Of a DNA stretch of 64,000 nucleotides, positions 43,135 to 54,053 are shown piece after piece. The notes beneath the pieces were generated by a model. It ran no database searches. It was given only the letters and a program-made list of their open reading frames with translations, and was not told the DNA's origin. Within the stretch, counting starts at the first letter, position 1; every line of letters starts with the position of its first letter. The stretch spans positions 1 through 64,000 of the forward strand of contig JBMFNR010000004.1 in the NCBI GenBank assembly GCA_049970055.1, given 5' to 3'. This DNA comes from Fervidobacterium sp. (lineage in GTDB: Bacteria; Thermotogota; Thermotogae; Thermotogales; Fervidobacteriaceae). The position numbers and the translations under genes are program-made.

Positions 43135-44340
43135 TTAGGATTTTTCAACTCTGAGTTTGCGAAGATTGAAAATAATTTGGACAAAGTATATAAATACACT
43201 TAATAAAAAGCTTAATATTGCCAAGCCTATGGTATTTTTGAACCAATCGAGAAACACACCCCCTACGAAAGGTCCAACTCCAAATAGAAGTCCAATGACC
43301 ATTTCGTGTAATGCCCCCTGTTTTCCGTGTTCTTCCTGAGCCGATAGCAATCCGTAAAAAATTGCAAGCGTATAAGGGACTGCATAGCTACATCCTGCTA
43401 AAAAAGCTGTTAAGAAGAACATCACGGGAATTTTAGATAATAGAACTGATATGCCTGTCAAAGGCACCACACTTAAAAGTGCAGCACTTATCAGTTCGTT
43501 ACCTACCCAAGATTTCCAGTATTGCAAGACTAAGAATGTGATAAGAACACCAATATTTGCACCAACAGTTAAGAAACCAGCGTGAGATATATCTATTTTT
43601 GATAAGTTTAGTAGTTTAGGAAAGTGTGCAAGAACAGAAGTATATATAAGCCCGCCTAGGAAAAGGATAATTCTGTACTCGAGTCTATATATCCTCATTC
43701 TCATTTTATTTTTAACAACAGCTGAGTTTTCCAAATGTAGTAACAAACTTGCTTTGGGATTGAATTTAATTGTATCACCCGATCTAATGTCTCTGATTAT
43801 CACAAATATCAAAATTGTGCTTAAAATTATTCCATAGAGAAATATTACAGGTGCAGCCTTAATGGTAAGATACGGACCAAACGCGACGCCTATTATATTT
43901 CCACTACTCCAAGACAACGTAAATCTTCCTGTGATAGAAGGTGGATCAATATCCAGAGTGCTTTCAGATTTTGCTATTAATCCCTCAACTTGGGGAAAAA
44001 ACGCGCCAAAAAATGCACCTTGCAAAGCGCCAAAGGTATACAGTGAAATTTTGTCGGTTATTGAAAAACCGAAGAATGAAACACCAAGAAGATAAAAGAA
44101 AAGAATCATCATGGTTTTCTTATATCCAGTTTTATGACCGTAAGAGCCAAGAGTGACGCTCGACAACGCGTATATGATAGAAGCAAAGAGGTTCAAAAGA
44201 CCGATTTCGAAGAACGTAAATTCTAGCTTAGCTGCTGTTGAATTCAAAAATGTACTGAACAAATAAGCATTTATAGATATGAAGAAAGAAATCACGTGGT
44301 ATAGGTGAAACGTTCCTTTGAGTTTACTAAATGAAATCAT
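43135..44340 (-). CDS. MFS transporter
   Basis: About 12 TM segments; ATG 44340 after AAAGGGGGA. Confidence 0.8.
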   Translation of the reverse strand: MISFSKLKGTFHLYHVISFFISINAYLFSTFLNSTAAKLEFTFFEIGLLNLFASIIYALSSVTLGSYGHKTGYKKTMMILFFYLLGVSFFGFSITDKISLYTFGALQGAFFGAFFPQVEGLIAKSESTLDIDPPSITGRFTLSWSSGNIIGVAFGPYLTIKAAPVIFLYGIILSTILIFVIIRDIRSGDTIKFNPKASLLLHLENSAVVKNKMRMRIYRLEYRIILFLGGLIYTSVLAHFPKLLNLSKIDISHAGFLTVGANIGVLITFLVLQYWKSWVGNELISAALLSVVPLTGISVLLSKIPVMFFLTAFLAGCSYAVPYTLAIFYGLLSAQEEHGKQGALHEMVIGLLFGVGPFVGGVFLDWFKNTIGLAILSFLLSVFIYFVQIIFNLRKLRVEKS

Positions 44341-44427
44341 CTTAACAAGTCCCCCTTTTTTACAAAGTCTTCTAGTTAAGAATATTAGCATTAATATGTT
44401 GTGTAATCAACTACTTATTTTAACCTG

Positions 44428-44456
44428 TTGACAGTTTAGAAACTATATGATAGAAT
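44428..44456 (+). promoter_or_regulatory. Sigma70-type promoter of the tRNA-Cys/tRNA-CAT operon
   Basis: TTGACA-17 nt-TAGAAT with TGn extension. Confidence 0.85.
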
Positions 44457-44470
44457 TTATCACGCAATGG

Positions 44471-44547
44471 GGCGACGTAGCCAAGGGGTCTAAGGCGGAG
44501 GTCTGCAAAATCTCTATTCGAGGGTTCAAATCCCTCCGTCGCCTCCA
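44471..44547 (+). tRNA. tRNA-Cys(GCA)
   Basis: GGCGACG/CGTCGCC acceptor stem, CT-GCA-AA loop, GGTTCAAATCC T-arm, U73-CCA. Confidence 0.95.
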
Positions 44548-44553
44548 CAAAGT

Positions 44554-44629
44554 GGGCTCGTAGCTCAGTTGGTAGAGCATCCGGCTCATAACCGGACGGT
44601 CGGGGGTTCGATCCCTCCCGAGCCCACCA
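44554..44629 (+). tRNA. tRNA with CAT anticodon (most likely tRNA-Ile2; elongator Met not excluded)
   Basis: GGGCTCG/CGAGCCC paired acceptor stem (not initiator), TCCGG-CTCATAA-CCGGA, GGTTCGATCC, ACCA. Confidence 0.9.
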
Positions 44630-44650
44630 GAGTTTCGATAAACGAAAGAA

Positions 44651-44678
44651 AAACGGGCTCGTGCCCGTATTTGTTTTA
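44651..44678 (+). terminator. Intrinsic terminator after the tRNA pair
   Basis: ACGGGC-TCGT-GCCCGT followed by ATTTGTTTT. Confidence 0.7.
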
Positions 44679-44683
44679 TAAAA

Positions 44684-44745
44684 TCCCGCTCTGCTACAAA
44701 ATTACTACAAAGCAGGGCCGCATAGACCGAGGGAGGAGGTGCTTT
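44684..44745 (+). ncRNA. S6:S18 ribosomal protein leader (rpsF 5' UTR autoregulatory RNA)
   Basis: UCCC-GCUCUGCU...AGCAGGGC-CGCAUAGACCGA-GGGA hairpin with a CCG-containing internal loop whose base covers the SD. Confidence 0.75.
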
Positions 44746-45120
44746 ATGAGGATTTACGAAACGATGTTTATCGTCAAACCAGATGTACCGGAGGAAGAGA
44801 GAAACAAGTTAGTGGAAAACGTTAAAAAGTTCTTGGAAGAAAGAGTTAAAGCACAGGTAGAGAGCGTTGACAGATGGGGCATGAGAAAGCTTGCTTACAA
44901 AATAGGAAAGTACTTCGAAGGTGATTACGCGGTTATGTATTTCAGATGCGATGGTCAAGGTTTGAATCAACTTGAAAATTATTTCAAGGTTCATCCCGAA
45001 TTCATGAGATGGCAAACGTTCAGGAGAGAAGATCTTGAGAAGAAAGAAAAGAAGGAAAGAAAAGCCGCTATCAAAGAACAACCCCCCCAGGAGGAAAGCA
45101 CAGGACACGTTGAGGGTTGA
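44746..45120 (+). CDS. rpsF: 30S ribosomal protein S6
   Basis: MRIYETMFIVKPD and WGMRKLAYKI; ATG 44746 after GGAGGAGGTG. Confidence 0.97.
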   Translation: MRIYETMFIVKPDVPEEERNKLVENVKKFLEERVKAQVESVDRWGMRKLAYKIGKYFEGDYAVMYFRCDGQGLNQLENYFKVHPEFMRWQTFRREDLEKKEKKERKAAIKEQPPQEESTGHVEG

Positions 45121-45146
45121 TTGAATAAAAAAGAAGGTGAAATCAG

Positions 45147-45557
45147 ATGTCTTACAACAAAGTTGTTCTAGTTGGAAGACTAACACGGGATCCTGAGACA
45201 AAGCAAACGCTCGACGGAAATCTTATAGCAACATTTACCCTCGCTGTTAACAGGCCGAATAATAGCGAAGCAGATTTTATACGCATAGTTGCGTTTAAGA
45301 AATTAGCGGAACTTGCCCACTCATATCTTCAAAAGGGAAGAATGGTTTTGGTTGAAGGTAAGCTAAGGATAAACAAATGGAAAACAAATGATGGACAAAC
45401 AAGGTCAACACCTGAAATCTGGGCGGATAATATAGTTTTTGTTGATACAAAGAGAGGAGAAAAAGACATTCCTGATGAAATTCCTTACGAGGAAGTCTTT
45501 GAAGATGATGTTGATTTATCCAACGAACTTCCAAGTGACGACGAGCCACCATTTTAA
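45147..45557 (+). CDS. ssb: Single-stranded DNA-binding protein
   Basis: NKVVLVGRLTRDPE and acidic C-terminal tail DDEPPF. Confidence 0.98.
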   Translation: MSYNKVVLVGRLTRDPETKQTLDGNLIATFTLAVNRPNNSEADFIRIVAFKKLAELAHSYLQKGRMVLVEGKLRINKWKTNDGQTRSTPEIWADNIVFVDTKRGEKDIPDEIPYEEVFEDDVDLSNELPSDDEPPF

Positions 45558-45600
45558 TGTTTCTTGATATTTTAAAGAAGATTTAAGGAGGGACTGGAAT

Positions 45601-45831
45601 ATGCCAAAAATAAGGCAGAGAAGAAGGAAATTTAAAGCATGCAAGATGTGTGAAATGAACGTTGAATACGTTGATTATAAAGATATAAGGATACTTAAGG
45701 ATTTTTTAAACGAGAAAGGTAAGATTCTACCAAGGAGATTAACAGGTAATTGTGCAAAACATCAGAGAATGGTTAAAGTTGCAATCAAAAGAGCAAGACA
45801 AATGGCACTTTTGCCGTATATAAAGTACTGA
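45601..45831 (+). CDS. rpsR: 30S ribosomal protein S18 (Zn-binding C+ form)
   Basis: [25 protein letters not shown]. Confidence 0.98.
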   Translation: MPKIRQRRRKFKACKMCEMNVEYVDYKDIRILKDFLNEKGKILPRRLTGNCAKHQRMVKVAIKRARQMALLPYIKY

Positions 45832-45845
45832 AAAGTATTTATTTG

Positions 45846-45870
45846 AAATCGCCCTTCGCAGGGGCGATTT
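45846..45870 (+). terminator. Terminator after rpsR
   Basis: AAATCGCCC...GGGCGATTT inverted repeat followed by a T-rich run. Confidence 0.8.
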
Positions 45871-45900
45871 ATTCTTATTTATTCGCCTGGAAGTGATAAA

Positions 45901-46803
45901 ATGACCGAAGAGCTTGTAAAACACATTTTCATAGTTCTTATTCTGGTATTAGTATCAATACTGGCATTTACAACAGAGCTTCCACAAGATTGGATACTTT
46001 TCACAAATGGAAGTAATATTGAACAGTTGGCTGGAACAAAAGCAAAAATTGTTATTATTGATTATTCCGCAGATGGTACTGACGCTAAGGCGTTCAGTGC
46101 ATCTGAAATATCTTTCCTGAAAAGCTCAGGAAAGAAGGTTTTTGCTTATCTTAATCTTGGTATTGCAGAGAATTGGAGGTTCTATTGGAAGAATTTAAAC
46201 AAATCTATAATTCTCTCTCCATTAGAAAATTGGCCAGGAGAATTCTACGTGAAATATTGGTATAACGAGTGGTATGATGCAGTAAAGAGCTACCTCAACA
46301 AGATTAAAAAAGCAGGATTTGATGGTGTGATGTTTGACTGGATTAATGTTTATAAAAACGATACATTGCAAAAAATTTCCAGAAAGTCTGAAAGTGAACT
46401 TGAGAACGCAATGTACGAGTTACTTACAAAAATAACAAAGGACTATCCAAATTTTGAGTACGCATTAGTGAATAGTGAGGAATTATTATCTAAATATCCT
46501 GATTTAATAGCGAAAATCAAGTATGTAGTAGTTGAAAGTCTATTTTACAACAGATTAGCGCTTAACGTATATTCGTCGGATTTTTCCAAAAGGATAAAGC
46601 TGCTTATTGATCTTCAAAAACGGGGAACAGTAGTTCTCTCGGTTGAATACATAGATAACAATAATCCTTTAGACAAAAGCAATACAGAGAGGATAAAACA
46701 ATACATTGAGCTTGCAAAAAAATATAATGTTCTTTACTACGTTGCAAAAGTTGATATGATGTTGAATGGTGTTAATATTCCAAGAATCCTTGCAGGTTCT
46801 TAG
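45901..46803 (+). CDS. MJ1477/TM1410 family exported protein (GH114-like putative glycoside hydrolase)
   Basis: Signal peptide, IIDYSADG, AYLNLGIAENWRFYW, NWPGEFYVKYW, GFDGVMFD and VEY motifs. Confidence 0.85.
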   Translation: MTEELVKHIFIVLILVLVSILAFTTELPQDWILFTNGSNIEQLAGTKAKIVIIDYSADGTDAKAFSASEISFLKSSGKKVFAYLNLGIAENWRFYWKNLNKSIILSPLENWPGEFYVKYWYNEWYDAVKSYLNKIKKAGFDGVMFDWINVYKNDTLQKISRKSESELENAMYELLTKITKDYPNFEYALVNSEELLSKYPDLIAKIKYVVVESLFYNRLALNVYSSDFSKRIKLLIDLQKRGTVVLSVEYIDNNNPLDKSNTERIKQYIELAKKYNVLYYVAKVDMMLNGVNIPRILAGS

Positions 46804-46805
46804 TA

Positions 46806-47702
46806 TTATTCTATATCATCCCTCATTCCGATCTCGTTAAGTATTATAAAGTCTTTATTTCTCCAATCTTTCTTTACTTTTACAAACAGATCCAGGTACA
46901 CTTTCTTTTCCAAGAAGTATTCAATATCTTTTCTCGCGCTTTCACCTATTTTCTTTATCATTTGTCCTTTTTGACCTATTATTATGCCTTTTTGACTGTC
47001 TCTTTCCACGTAAATGTTTGCGCGTATATAAAACACGCCATTTTCTCTTTCTTTAACTTCTTCCACTATAACAGCCACAGAGTGAGGTATTTCTTCATAT
47101 GTGAAATGAAATATCTTTTCGCGAATTAACTCAGAGACTATAAATGCCAATGGTCTGTCAACGATAATATCTTCTGGATAAAACTTAGGACCTTCCGGGA
47201 TATTTTCTTTTATTCTCTCTAATAAAATGTCTATTCCTTCCCCTGTAAGTGCAGATGTTTTGACGATGGACTTTAAATTCTCGACTTTTTGTCTTAAATA
47301 TTCCTCTATTTCTTTAATTTTGTCTTCTTTAGCAAGATCTACCTTGTTTATAACTCCTATAACAGATGTTTTCGACTGGTTCACGTAATTGACTATATAT
47401 TCTTCAGGTGTTTCAAAACCTTCTTTAGAATCTATGGTAAATAGTAATAAATCCACGTTTTTCAGTGCTTGGACAGCGGCTTTTACCATGTATTCACCAA
47501 GTCGGTGGAGTGGTTTGTGGATACCAGGAGTATCAACAAAGACAATTTGTGCCTCATCATCGGTGTATATAACATTTATTCTGTTCCTTGTTGTTTGTGG
47601 TTTGTCTGAAACAATAACAACTTTCTTTTTCATTATAGCATTTATTATAGACGATTTTCCCACATTGGGTTTTCCCACAAATGATGCAAAACCAGATTTC
47701 AT
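46806..47702 (-). CDS. era: GTPase Era
   Basis: [16 protein letters not shown] and NKVD motifs, KH domain GIIIGQKG. Confidence 0.98.
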   Translation of the reverse strand: MKSGFASFVGKPNVGKSSIINAIMKKKVVIVSDKPQTTRNRINVIYTDDEAQIVFVDTPGIHKPLHRLGEYMVKAAVQALKNVDLLLFTIDSKEGFETPEEYIVNYVNQSKTSVIGVINKVDLAKEDKIKEIEEYLRQKVENLKSIVKTSALTGEGIDILLERIKENIPEGPKFYPEDIIVDRPLAFIVSELIREKIFHFTYEEIPHSVAVIVEEVKERENGVFYIRANIYVERDSQKGIIIGQKGQMIKKIGESARKDIEYFLEKKVYLDLFVKVKKDWRNKDFIILNEIGMRDDIE

Positions 47703-47719
47703 AAAAGTAATAACCTCCT

Positions 47720-48721
47720 TTATTCATTGGCACGTAGATCCTCGGATTCTTTTCTAAAACCACTTACAGATTCTATAAAATTCGAAAAGACTATTTTTGG
47801 TTCCGCACCGAGTTTGATTTGCCTATCAATGTAGTAAAGTTGCTCAATAATGTTCTTCAATTCTTGTACTGAATACGTAATCAAATGATTAATTGCAGGG
47901 TAGCTAGTACCTTTAAATTTGAAACCCAAAAATTTTGCAACTCTTGGCGTTGGAATACCTGTTTTTTTCGAGATTTCTGTTATTTCTGGCCAAATATAGG
48001 ATGTCTTTTTTGGGGCAATTGCGAAGATATTAAAAAGTTCGATGAAATGCTTACTTAATGAGTAAGATACGATAACGGATTCGTATTCGGTGCAGATTTC
48101 AGAGATCATATTTTTCGCTTCTTCTTTTCTCTTTTCACTTACTGCATAACAGAATTCATCAAGTTTACTGATCGTTCTTTTGTAGGTGACTTCTTCAACA
48201 TCTTTTATTGTTGGTTTGCTAAGAGAATAGATCTTTAGCTTTTCAAGTTCGGTTATGATTGCATATTCATCTGTTCCGACGAGTTGAAAGATGAAAGAGG
48301 AAACTTTTTCGGAAAGTTCAAGATCAAGAAATTTTGCATTTTCTGTAATGAATTGGACCCATTTCTCTTCCTCCCACTCTTTGGGCTTTTCAAAATTTTC
48401 TATTACCACTTTACCTGGAGTTGCTTTTATGTCTTTGCTTACCTTTTCCGTTCGAACGAAGACGATAATATTTTCACCAGGAAAGTCCAACTTGTAGAAT
48501 TCTTCCTTTTCAGATTTATTCCACTCATCAAAATCTAAAAGATCGTAAACTTTGATTTTTGAGAATAAGCCGAAACTTTGCGAAGCATTTTTTAGTTCCT
48601 GTAATTTTTCTTTATCATCGGAAAAGAGCTTTATATAATTGCAATCGTTGCACTTTTTTATAAAATTCCTTATGTACAACTCCTTTCCGAGTAAAGAGTC
48701 ACCAGCTAAATAAACAACCAT
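47720..48721 (-). CDS. holA: DNA polymerase III delta subunit-like
   Basis: VYLAGD N-terminus, [17 protein letters not shown]-terminus, 333 aa. Confidence 0.75.
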   Translation of the reverse strand: MVVYLAGDSLLGKELYIRNFIKKCNDCNYIKLFSDDKEKLQELKNASQSFGLFSKIKVYDLLDFDEWNKSEKEEFYKLDFPGENIIVFVRTEKVSKDIKATPGKVVIENFEKPKEWEEEKWVQFITENAKFLDLELSEKVSSFIFQLVGTDEYAIITELEKLKIYSLSKPTIKDVEEVTYKRTISKLDEFCYAVSEKRKEEAKNMISEICTEYESVIVSYSLSKHFIELFNIFAIAPKKTSYIWPEITEISKKTGIPTPRVAKFLGFKFKGTSYPAINHLITYSVQELKNIIEQLYYIDRQIKLGAEPKIVFSNFIESVSGFRKESEDLRANE

Positions 48722-48733
48722 TGCAACACCTCT

Positions 48734-49441
48734 TTATTTTTTGTTGACCATAATTTCAACTATTCTTCCACTCTCCATTTTGAAGATTCTGTTCGAAATA
48801 CTTGCAACAGAAGGATCGTGAGTAACTATGATAAACGTGGTCCCAAATTCTTTATTTAAGTCAGTTATTAACTTTTTTATCTGTTCAGCATTTTTGGAAT
48901 CTAATGCCCCTGTTGGTTCATCAGCCCAAATTATCTTTGGACGTGTAGAGAGTGCACGTGCGATGGATACTCTTTGTTGTTCACCGCCAGACAATTGGGA
49001 AGGATAAGCATCTTTTCTGTGCAAAATGTTCATCTTCTCAAGGAGTTCAAGTGCGATTTTCCTTGCTTGCGAAACTGGATATTTGTTTAAAAGTAGTGGA
49101 AGCTCAACATTTTCCATAGCACTTAACACAGGAATTAGGTTAAAAAATTGGAAGATAAATCCCATGTTTTTAGCTCTGAATTTGGTTTTTTCTTCTTCAG
49201 ACAATTTAGTTATCTCGACGCGGTCTATGATTATTTGACCTGTCGTTGGCACGTCGAGGCCTGCAAGGAGGTTGAGTAAAGTAGTTTTACCAGAACCAGA
49301 TGGCCCAAGTATGGCAACAATTTCACCTTTGTAGACGTCAAGATCAACGGAATCCAGTGCAACTACTCGTGAACTCCCACTTCCATATACTTTGGAAAGA
49401 TTCCTCACTTTGATAATCTCTGCATTATCCATTTTATTCAC
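48734..49441 (-). CDS. ABC ATP-binding protein, LolD/MacB-like
   Basis: GPSGSGKTT, GFIFQFFNL, LSGGEQQR, ADEPTGALD and VTHD motifs. Confidence 0.93.
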   Translation of the reverse strand: MNKMDNAEIIKVRNLSKVYGSGSSRVVALDSVDLDVYKGEIVAILGPSGSGKTTLLNLLAGLDVPTTGQIIIDRVEITKLSEEEKTKFRAKNMGFIFQFFNLIPVLSAMENVELPLLLNKYPVSQARKIALELLEKMNILHRKDAYPSQLSGGEQQRVSIARALSTRPKIIWADEPTGALDSKNAEQIKKLITDLNKEFGTTFIIVTHDPSVASISNRIFKMESGRIVEIMVNKK

Positions 49442-49442
49442 C

Positions 49443-49934
49443 TCATTTTTTACTTGTCAACTTTTCGATTAATTTTTTCGCAACGTTTTCAGGCACCCAC
49501 TGAAGAATCGGTCCACCAAAGGATGCTACCTCTTTTACAAGACTTGACGACAAGAAAGAATAACTTTTATCCGTCATAAGAAAAATTGTTTCAACACCGC
49601 TACATATTTCCTTGTTCGCAAGTGCCATTTGAAGTTCGTATTCAAAATCACTAACTGCCCTCAAACCCCTTATTACGACGTTAATATTATTCTTTCTCGT
49701 GTATTCTACTAAAAGACCAGAAAATTTCTCTACCCTGACATTCGGAATATCTGCTAAACACTCTCTAACCATTTGAAGACGTTCTTCTATACTAAACGTG
49801 TAATTTTTTTTCTTATTTTCCATAACTACAACATGCAACTCATCAAGCAACTTTGACGCACGCTTTGCTATATCTATGTGACCATATGTTATTGGATCGA
49901 ACGAACCAGGATATACAGCTCTTATCATCTGCAT
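49443..49934 (-). CDS. coaD: Phosphopantetheine adenylyltransferase
   Basis: [24 protein letters not shown] and SSSLVKE motifs. Confidence 0.98.
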   Translation of the reverse strand: MQMIRAVYPGSFDPITYGHIDIAKRASKLLDELHVVVMENKKKNYTFSIEERLQMVRECLADIPNVRVEKFSGLLVEYTRKNNINVVIRGLRAVSDFEYELQMALANKEICSGVETIFLMTDKSYSFLSSSLVKEVASFGGPILQWVPENVAKKLIEKLTSKK

Positions 49935-49951
49935 TCCTCCTATCTTCTTTC

Positions 49952-51292
49952 CTATTCCTCACTATGGAATACATCAGTTTCAAAAAAGTTTGTGAACGAT
50001 GGGTTGAACATCAAAGTAATGGTACCTATCGGACCGTTCCTCTGTTTACCGATGATTATTTCAGTTTCATGAGGTAGATCTACATGCTGCTTTTTGTAGT
50101 ATTCATCCCTGTAAAGGAAAATAACAACATCTGCATCCTGTTCTATTGCGCCGGATTCTCTAAGGTCGCTTAATCGTGGCCTTTTATCTTCTCTTTGTTC
50201 AACTGCCCTCGAAAGTTGTGATAAAGCAATGATTGAGATGTCAAGTTCTCTCGCTAGAAGTTTTAAAGAGCGCGATATCTCTGATATCTCCTGCTGACGA
50301 CTGTCTCTTCTATCACCAAGGTTCATTAATTGGAGATAATCTATGAATATCGCGTCTACGTTGTACTCTTTCTTCATCCTTCTTGCTTTAGCTCTGAGTA
50401 CTCTCGGTTCAAGATTGGATTCGTCGTCTACTATCAAGTTTGCTTTCATTAATTTCGAAGCACCATGCACAAGCCTTTTCCATTCATCATCGCTTAGCCA
50501 TCCTCTCCTCACCTTTTGTAAATCAACAAGTGATTCCATGCAAAGAAGCCTTTGAATCAATTGTTCTCTACTCATTTCTAGGCTAAATATTCCAACGGAA
50601 GCTTCCCCTGTAAGTGCCATGTTTTTTGCCAGGTTCAAAGCAAATGCCGTTTTACCAACGCTGGGTCTTGCGGCTATTACTATTAAATCTGATTTATGGA
50701 AACCAGAAGTCATCTCATCGAGTTTTTTAAAGCCTGTCGGTATACCTGTTACAATTCCCCCAAGACCTTTTAGATGCTTCTCCCTTAATTCTTCTAAATG
50801 TTCAAATACCTCTGTCAATGCACTTCTAATATCTATGTATGTCTTTGTTGCTCTCGATTCGGCAATTCTAAAAACAAGTCTTTCCGCTTCATCAAGAATC
50901 TCGTCGACAGCCATATCAGTGTACGCATTTTCGACAATCTGGCTTCCCGCTGCAATGAGTTCCCTAAGTATTGCTTTATCTCTGATTATTTGTGCGTACA
51001 TGTCCGCATGCGCAGAAGTTGGTACATTGTCTGCAAGTTGTGCAACGTAAAGCTCTCCTCCCACCTTATCAAGAAGTCCTTGAGACCTTAACCTATCACA
51101 AACAGAAATAATATCAATCGGTAAACCTTCGTCGTGAAGCTGTTCTATAACGGAAAAGATATACCTATGCCGCGGCTCGTAAAAATCCGCTGAAGTTACA
51201 ATCGATACTATATTATCAAGTTTTTCAGGCTCTATAAGTATACTCCCAATTAACGCTTGTTCCGCCTCTATGTTTGCGGGTACGTTTTTCAT
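49952..51292 (-). CDS. dnaB: Replicative DNA helicase (no intein)
   Basis: [37 protein letters not shown] and KQRNG motifs; ATG 51292. Confidence 0.98.
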   Translation of the reverse strand: MKNVPANIEAEQALIGSILIEPEKLDNIVSIVTSADFYEPRHRYIFSVIEQLHDEGLPIDIISVCDRLRSQGLLDKVGGELYVAQLADNVPTSAHADMYAQIIRDKAILRELIAAGSQIVENAYTDMAVDEILDEAERLVFRIAESRATKTYIDIRSALTEVFEHLEELREKHLKGLGGIVTGIPTGFKKLDEMTSGFHKSDLIVIAARPSVGKTAFALNLAKNMALTGEASVGIFSLEMSREQLIQRLLCMESLVDLQKVRRGWLSDDEWKRLVHGASKLMKANLIVDDESNLEPRVLRAKARRMKKEYNVDAIFIDYLQLMNLGDRRDSRQQEISEISRSLKLLARELDISIIALSQLSRAVEQREDKRPRLSDLRESGAIEQDADVVIFLYRDEYYKKQHVDLPHETEIIIGKQRNGPIGTITLMFNPSFTNFFETDVFHSEE

Positions 51293-51320
51293 ACCTACCT
51301 CCGAGATTTTAATAAAGATT

Positions 51321-52802
51321 TTATCCAAAGATCGAAGTTTTTTTCTTGGCCGTGACTCCTGTGAATATAGTTAGTAAAAGTGCAACTAGGACTATGTAGT
51401 CACCAAATTTTGTATAAAAAGTGGCTTTTGTATGTGATTTTACATAACCAACTTTCCATATTGTCCCAGATGGCAACAAGACGTAATTTCCAAAGTAATC
51501 TGTCACACCACTCAAACCTGTATTTGATACCTGAACAATGTACCTTCTTGTCTCAACAGCCCTGAATACCGTCTGAACGTAGTGCTGCAAAAGTGCGATC
51601 TTTGAATCATACCATCCATCATTTGTTGAAACAACTATAAATTCTGCATTTTCTGAAATTTTTCTCACTAATTGCGGAAAATAAGATTCAAAACATATGA
51701 GCAAACCCACGTTACCATAATTGTCAATCTTAATAGTTTTCAAATTACCAGGTGTAAAGTAATACATTCCCTTGAGAAAGTCGAGGTTCCCAAAGATACT
51801 TTTGTAAGGAAGCATTTCAACAAATGGGAACAATTTTATTTTGTCGTATTTATCTTTGTATTTCCCATTTTCGTACACAACCAAACTATTAAAGAAAGAA
51901 TTTCCGTCAATTGTTGGATAGCCTATCAAAATGGTCCTTTTGTTAAATGCTTGTGTTATCATATTTTCAACTTCATTGCTTCTTCTTATGTCTTCGCTTG
52001 GAAAAACTGCTTCCGGGAAGATCGTTAAATAATTAGGTGTATTTGAAAAATTATCGATCAAATATCGTGCAATGGTTTTCGATGGCCACGAATATTTTAC
52101 ATTTTGTGGGACATTGGTTTGAGCCAAAATAATAGTTTTATCAGCATTTTCGATAGGTAAACGGTTCTCAATTGTGCCATTTAAAATCGCTAGTAAAGTG
52201 AATATTGCTAAAACAATTGAAATGTTGTATTTGCTTTTTTTGAGCAGCTTATACGATTCATAATTTACAACAACGATTACAAAGACCAAGCCAAGTGTTC
52301 CTGTGAATGGAAGGATTTGAAGTATCCCTTTAAAACTATAAAGTGCATCACTAAGCCTTCCACCTGTAAATCCGAGGTCGCCTAATCCTCTTAAGTATTC
52401 TGAAATTACAAAAATTGAGGCAACAAATATTGGTTCAAGAATTCTAAATCTGATCCTCTCTTTCCAAAGTCCATAGAGAAGACCGAAAAGTAAGAAAGGT
52501 AAAGCTTCAAGGATACAAAAAAGTATGTATACAAAAAAACCTGTTAGTGATGAAAATCGACCAAATAGTTCAGGCAATCCCTTAACTAATGTACCTATTA
52601 TGTAGTGAAAATTAGAAAAAGAAAACACAAAAAAGTAAATAAAGCTAAGTAATGAAGAATAAAATACTCTCTTCTTTTCAAGAGCAAATAATAGCGGGAC
52701 AAGAGCGAAAAATACCAATCCACCATACAAGTAACCTGGCATAGAAAGGGTTGTAAGAAGGGCAGATAATATTAAGTTTAATAAGCTCTCAATCACACCC
52801 AA
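51321..52802 (-). CDS. lnt: Apolipoprotein N-acyltransferase
   Basis: N-terminal TMs plus nitrilase domain with FPE, YDKIKLFPFVE, ICFE and TNDGW motifs. Confidence 0.92.
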   Translation of the reverse strand: MGVIESLLNLILSALLTTLSMPGYLYGGLVFFALVPLLFALEKKRVFYSSLLSFIYFFVFSFSNFHYIIGTLVKGLPELFGRFSSLTGFFVYILFCILEALPFLLFGLLYGLWKERIRFRILEPIFVASIFVISEYLRGLGDLGFTGGRLSDALYSFKGILQILPFTGTLGLVFVIVVVNYESYKLLKKSKYNISIVLAIFTLLAILNGTIENRLPIENADKTIILAQTNVPQNVKYSWPSKTIARYLIDNFSNTPNYLTIFPEAVFPSEDIRRSNEVENMITQAFNKRTILIGYPTIDGNSFFNSLVVYENGKYKDKYDKIKLFPFVEMLPYKSIFGNLDFLKGMYYFTPGNLKTIKIDNYGNVGLLICFESYFPQLVRKISENAEFIVVSTNDGWYDSKIALLQHYVQTVFRAVETRRYIVQVSNTGLSGVTDYFGNYVLLPSGTIWKVGYVKSHTKATFYTKFGDYIVLVALLLTIFTGVTAKKKTSIFG

Positions 52803-52823
52803 TCCCCCTTGGTTTAAATTTAC

Positions 52824-53963
52824 TTAACTTAAGAAAAATTCCACAGCTTCTTTTAATTTCTCAACAACATATTCTTGGTCTTCTAAAGTCAGATCGGTAT
52901 AAAATGGTAAAGCTAATGTTCGTTCAGCCACTTTTTCGGTGACTGGTAGCATTCCTTCTTTCCAACCAAGCTCTCTATACGGTTTTTGCAAATGAATTGG
53001 TTCAAAGTAGTTTCTGACTTGAACACCGTTATCTTCGAGATACTCCATTATTTTTTCTCTTGTTGATTTATTTACGGACTCTGGTAACTTCACAACATAC
53101 ACAAACCAAGACATCTTAGTTACATAATCTTTTACTACTGGAACTTCGATACTAATTTTTGAAAGTAAGGTATTGTATCTTTGAGCTACCTCGTTTCTTT
53201 TTTGTATTATCTCATCAATTCTTTTCATCTGAGACCAACCAAGTGCAGCGGACATCTCGTCTATTCTGTAATTGTATCCGACATACTCGTGGGCAAGCCA
53301 GCCTTTTGCTTCACCCCTTCCTTGATTTCGCAGTGCTCTGGTTATCTTAAATATGTTCTCGTCGTTTGTAGCTATTACTCCACCTTCACCTGTTGTTATC
53401 TGTTTGTTTGCATAAAATGCAAACGCACCGGCTACTCCAAACGATCCTGCTTTTTTGCCTTTGTATTCACTTCCCAATGCTTCACAGGAGTCTTCAATAA
53501 CTATAACATTATATTTTTCACAGATATCATTTACGATGTGCCAATCTAAAGGATGCCCAAAAACATCTACACCCATAAAGAAGATCTTTTCGTATTTATT
53601 AATATTCTTTTTGATGATACTTTCCAAATGATCAATATCTGCGTTCATCGTTTCGTAATCTATATCTACGAATTCAACTTTTCCTTTTTCAAAGAGTGCA
53701 ACATTTGATGAGGCGATGAATGTGAATGAAGGAACTATAAGTAGAGAGTTCTCCGAAAAACCTGAAGCCTTCAATATCAAATGCAGTGCACTCGTACCAC
53801 TCGATACAGCGATTGCATATTTCACGCCTACAAAATCTGCAATAGATTTTTCAAACGCTTCCGTATAATTTCCTATGCTCAGCCTTCCAGACTTCAAAAC
53901 ATTCACAACAACTTCAATATCTGTTTGAGTTATCTGAGGACTTGACAAAGGAACCCTTCGCAC
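52824..53963 (-). CDS. DegT/DnrJ/EryC1/StrS family PLP aminotransferase
   Basis: SSGTSALH, IEDSCEALG, FAFYANKQITTGEGG and GYNYR motifs. Confidence 0.94.
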   Translation of the reverse strand: MRRVPLSSPQITQTDIEVVVNVLKSGRLSIGNYTEAFEKSIADFVGVKYAIAVSSGTSALHLILKASGFSENSLLIVPSFTFIASSNVALFEKGKVEFVDIDYETMNADIDHLESIIKKNINKYEKIFFMGVDVFGHPLDWHIVNDICEKYNVIVIEDSCEALGSEYKGKKAGSFGVAGAFAFYANKQITTGEGGVIATNDENIFKITRALRNQGRGEAKGWLAHEYVGYNYRIDEMSAALGWSQMKRIDEIIQKRNEVAQRYNTLLSKISIEVPVVKDYVTKMSWFVYVVKLPESVNKSTREKIMEYLEDNGVQVRNYFEPIHLQKPYRELGWKEGMLPVTEKVAERTLALPFYTDLTLEDQEYVVEKLKEAVEFFLS

Positions 53964-54053
53964 AATTCTCCCTCCGAAAATAAAATATATAAATCATCTT
54001 TGGATTTGCCAATAGAAATTATATCATAATAGGGGGAAAAGTAAAAATAAAAA

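Noticed and set aside
44569..44745. 59-aa N-terminal extension of the rpsF ORF
   Set aside because: It runs through the tRNA-CAT gene and a terminator; the real start is ATG 44746 with a strong SD
45901..46803. MJ1477-family gene near cysS and tRNA-Cys as an alternative CysRS
   Set aside because: It has a signal peptide and glycoside-hydrolase-like motifs, the old CysRS proposal for this family is not accepted, and a canonical cysS is present
36684..51292. Inteins in RtcB or DnaB
   Set aside because: Both proteins have normal length and contiguous motifs
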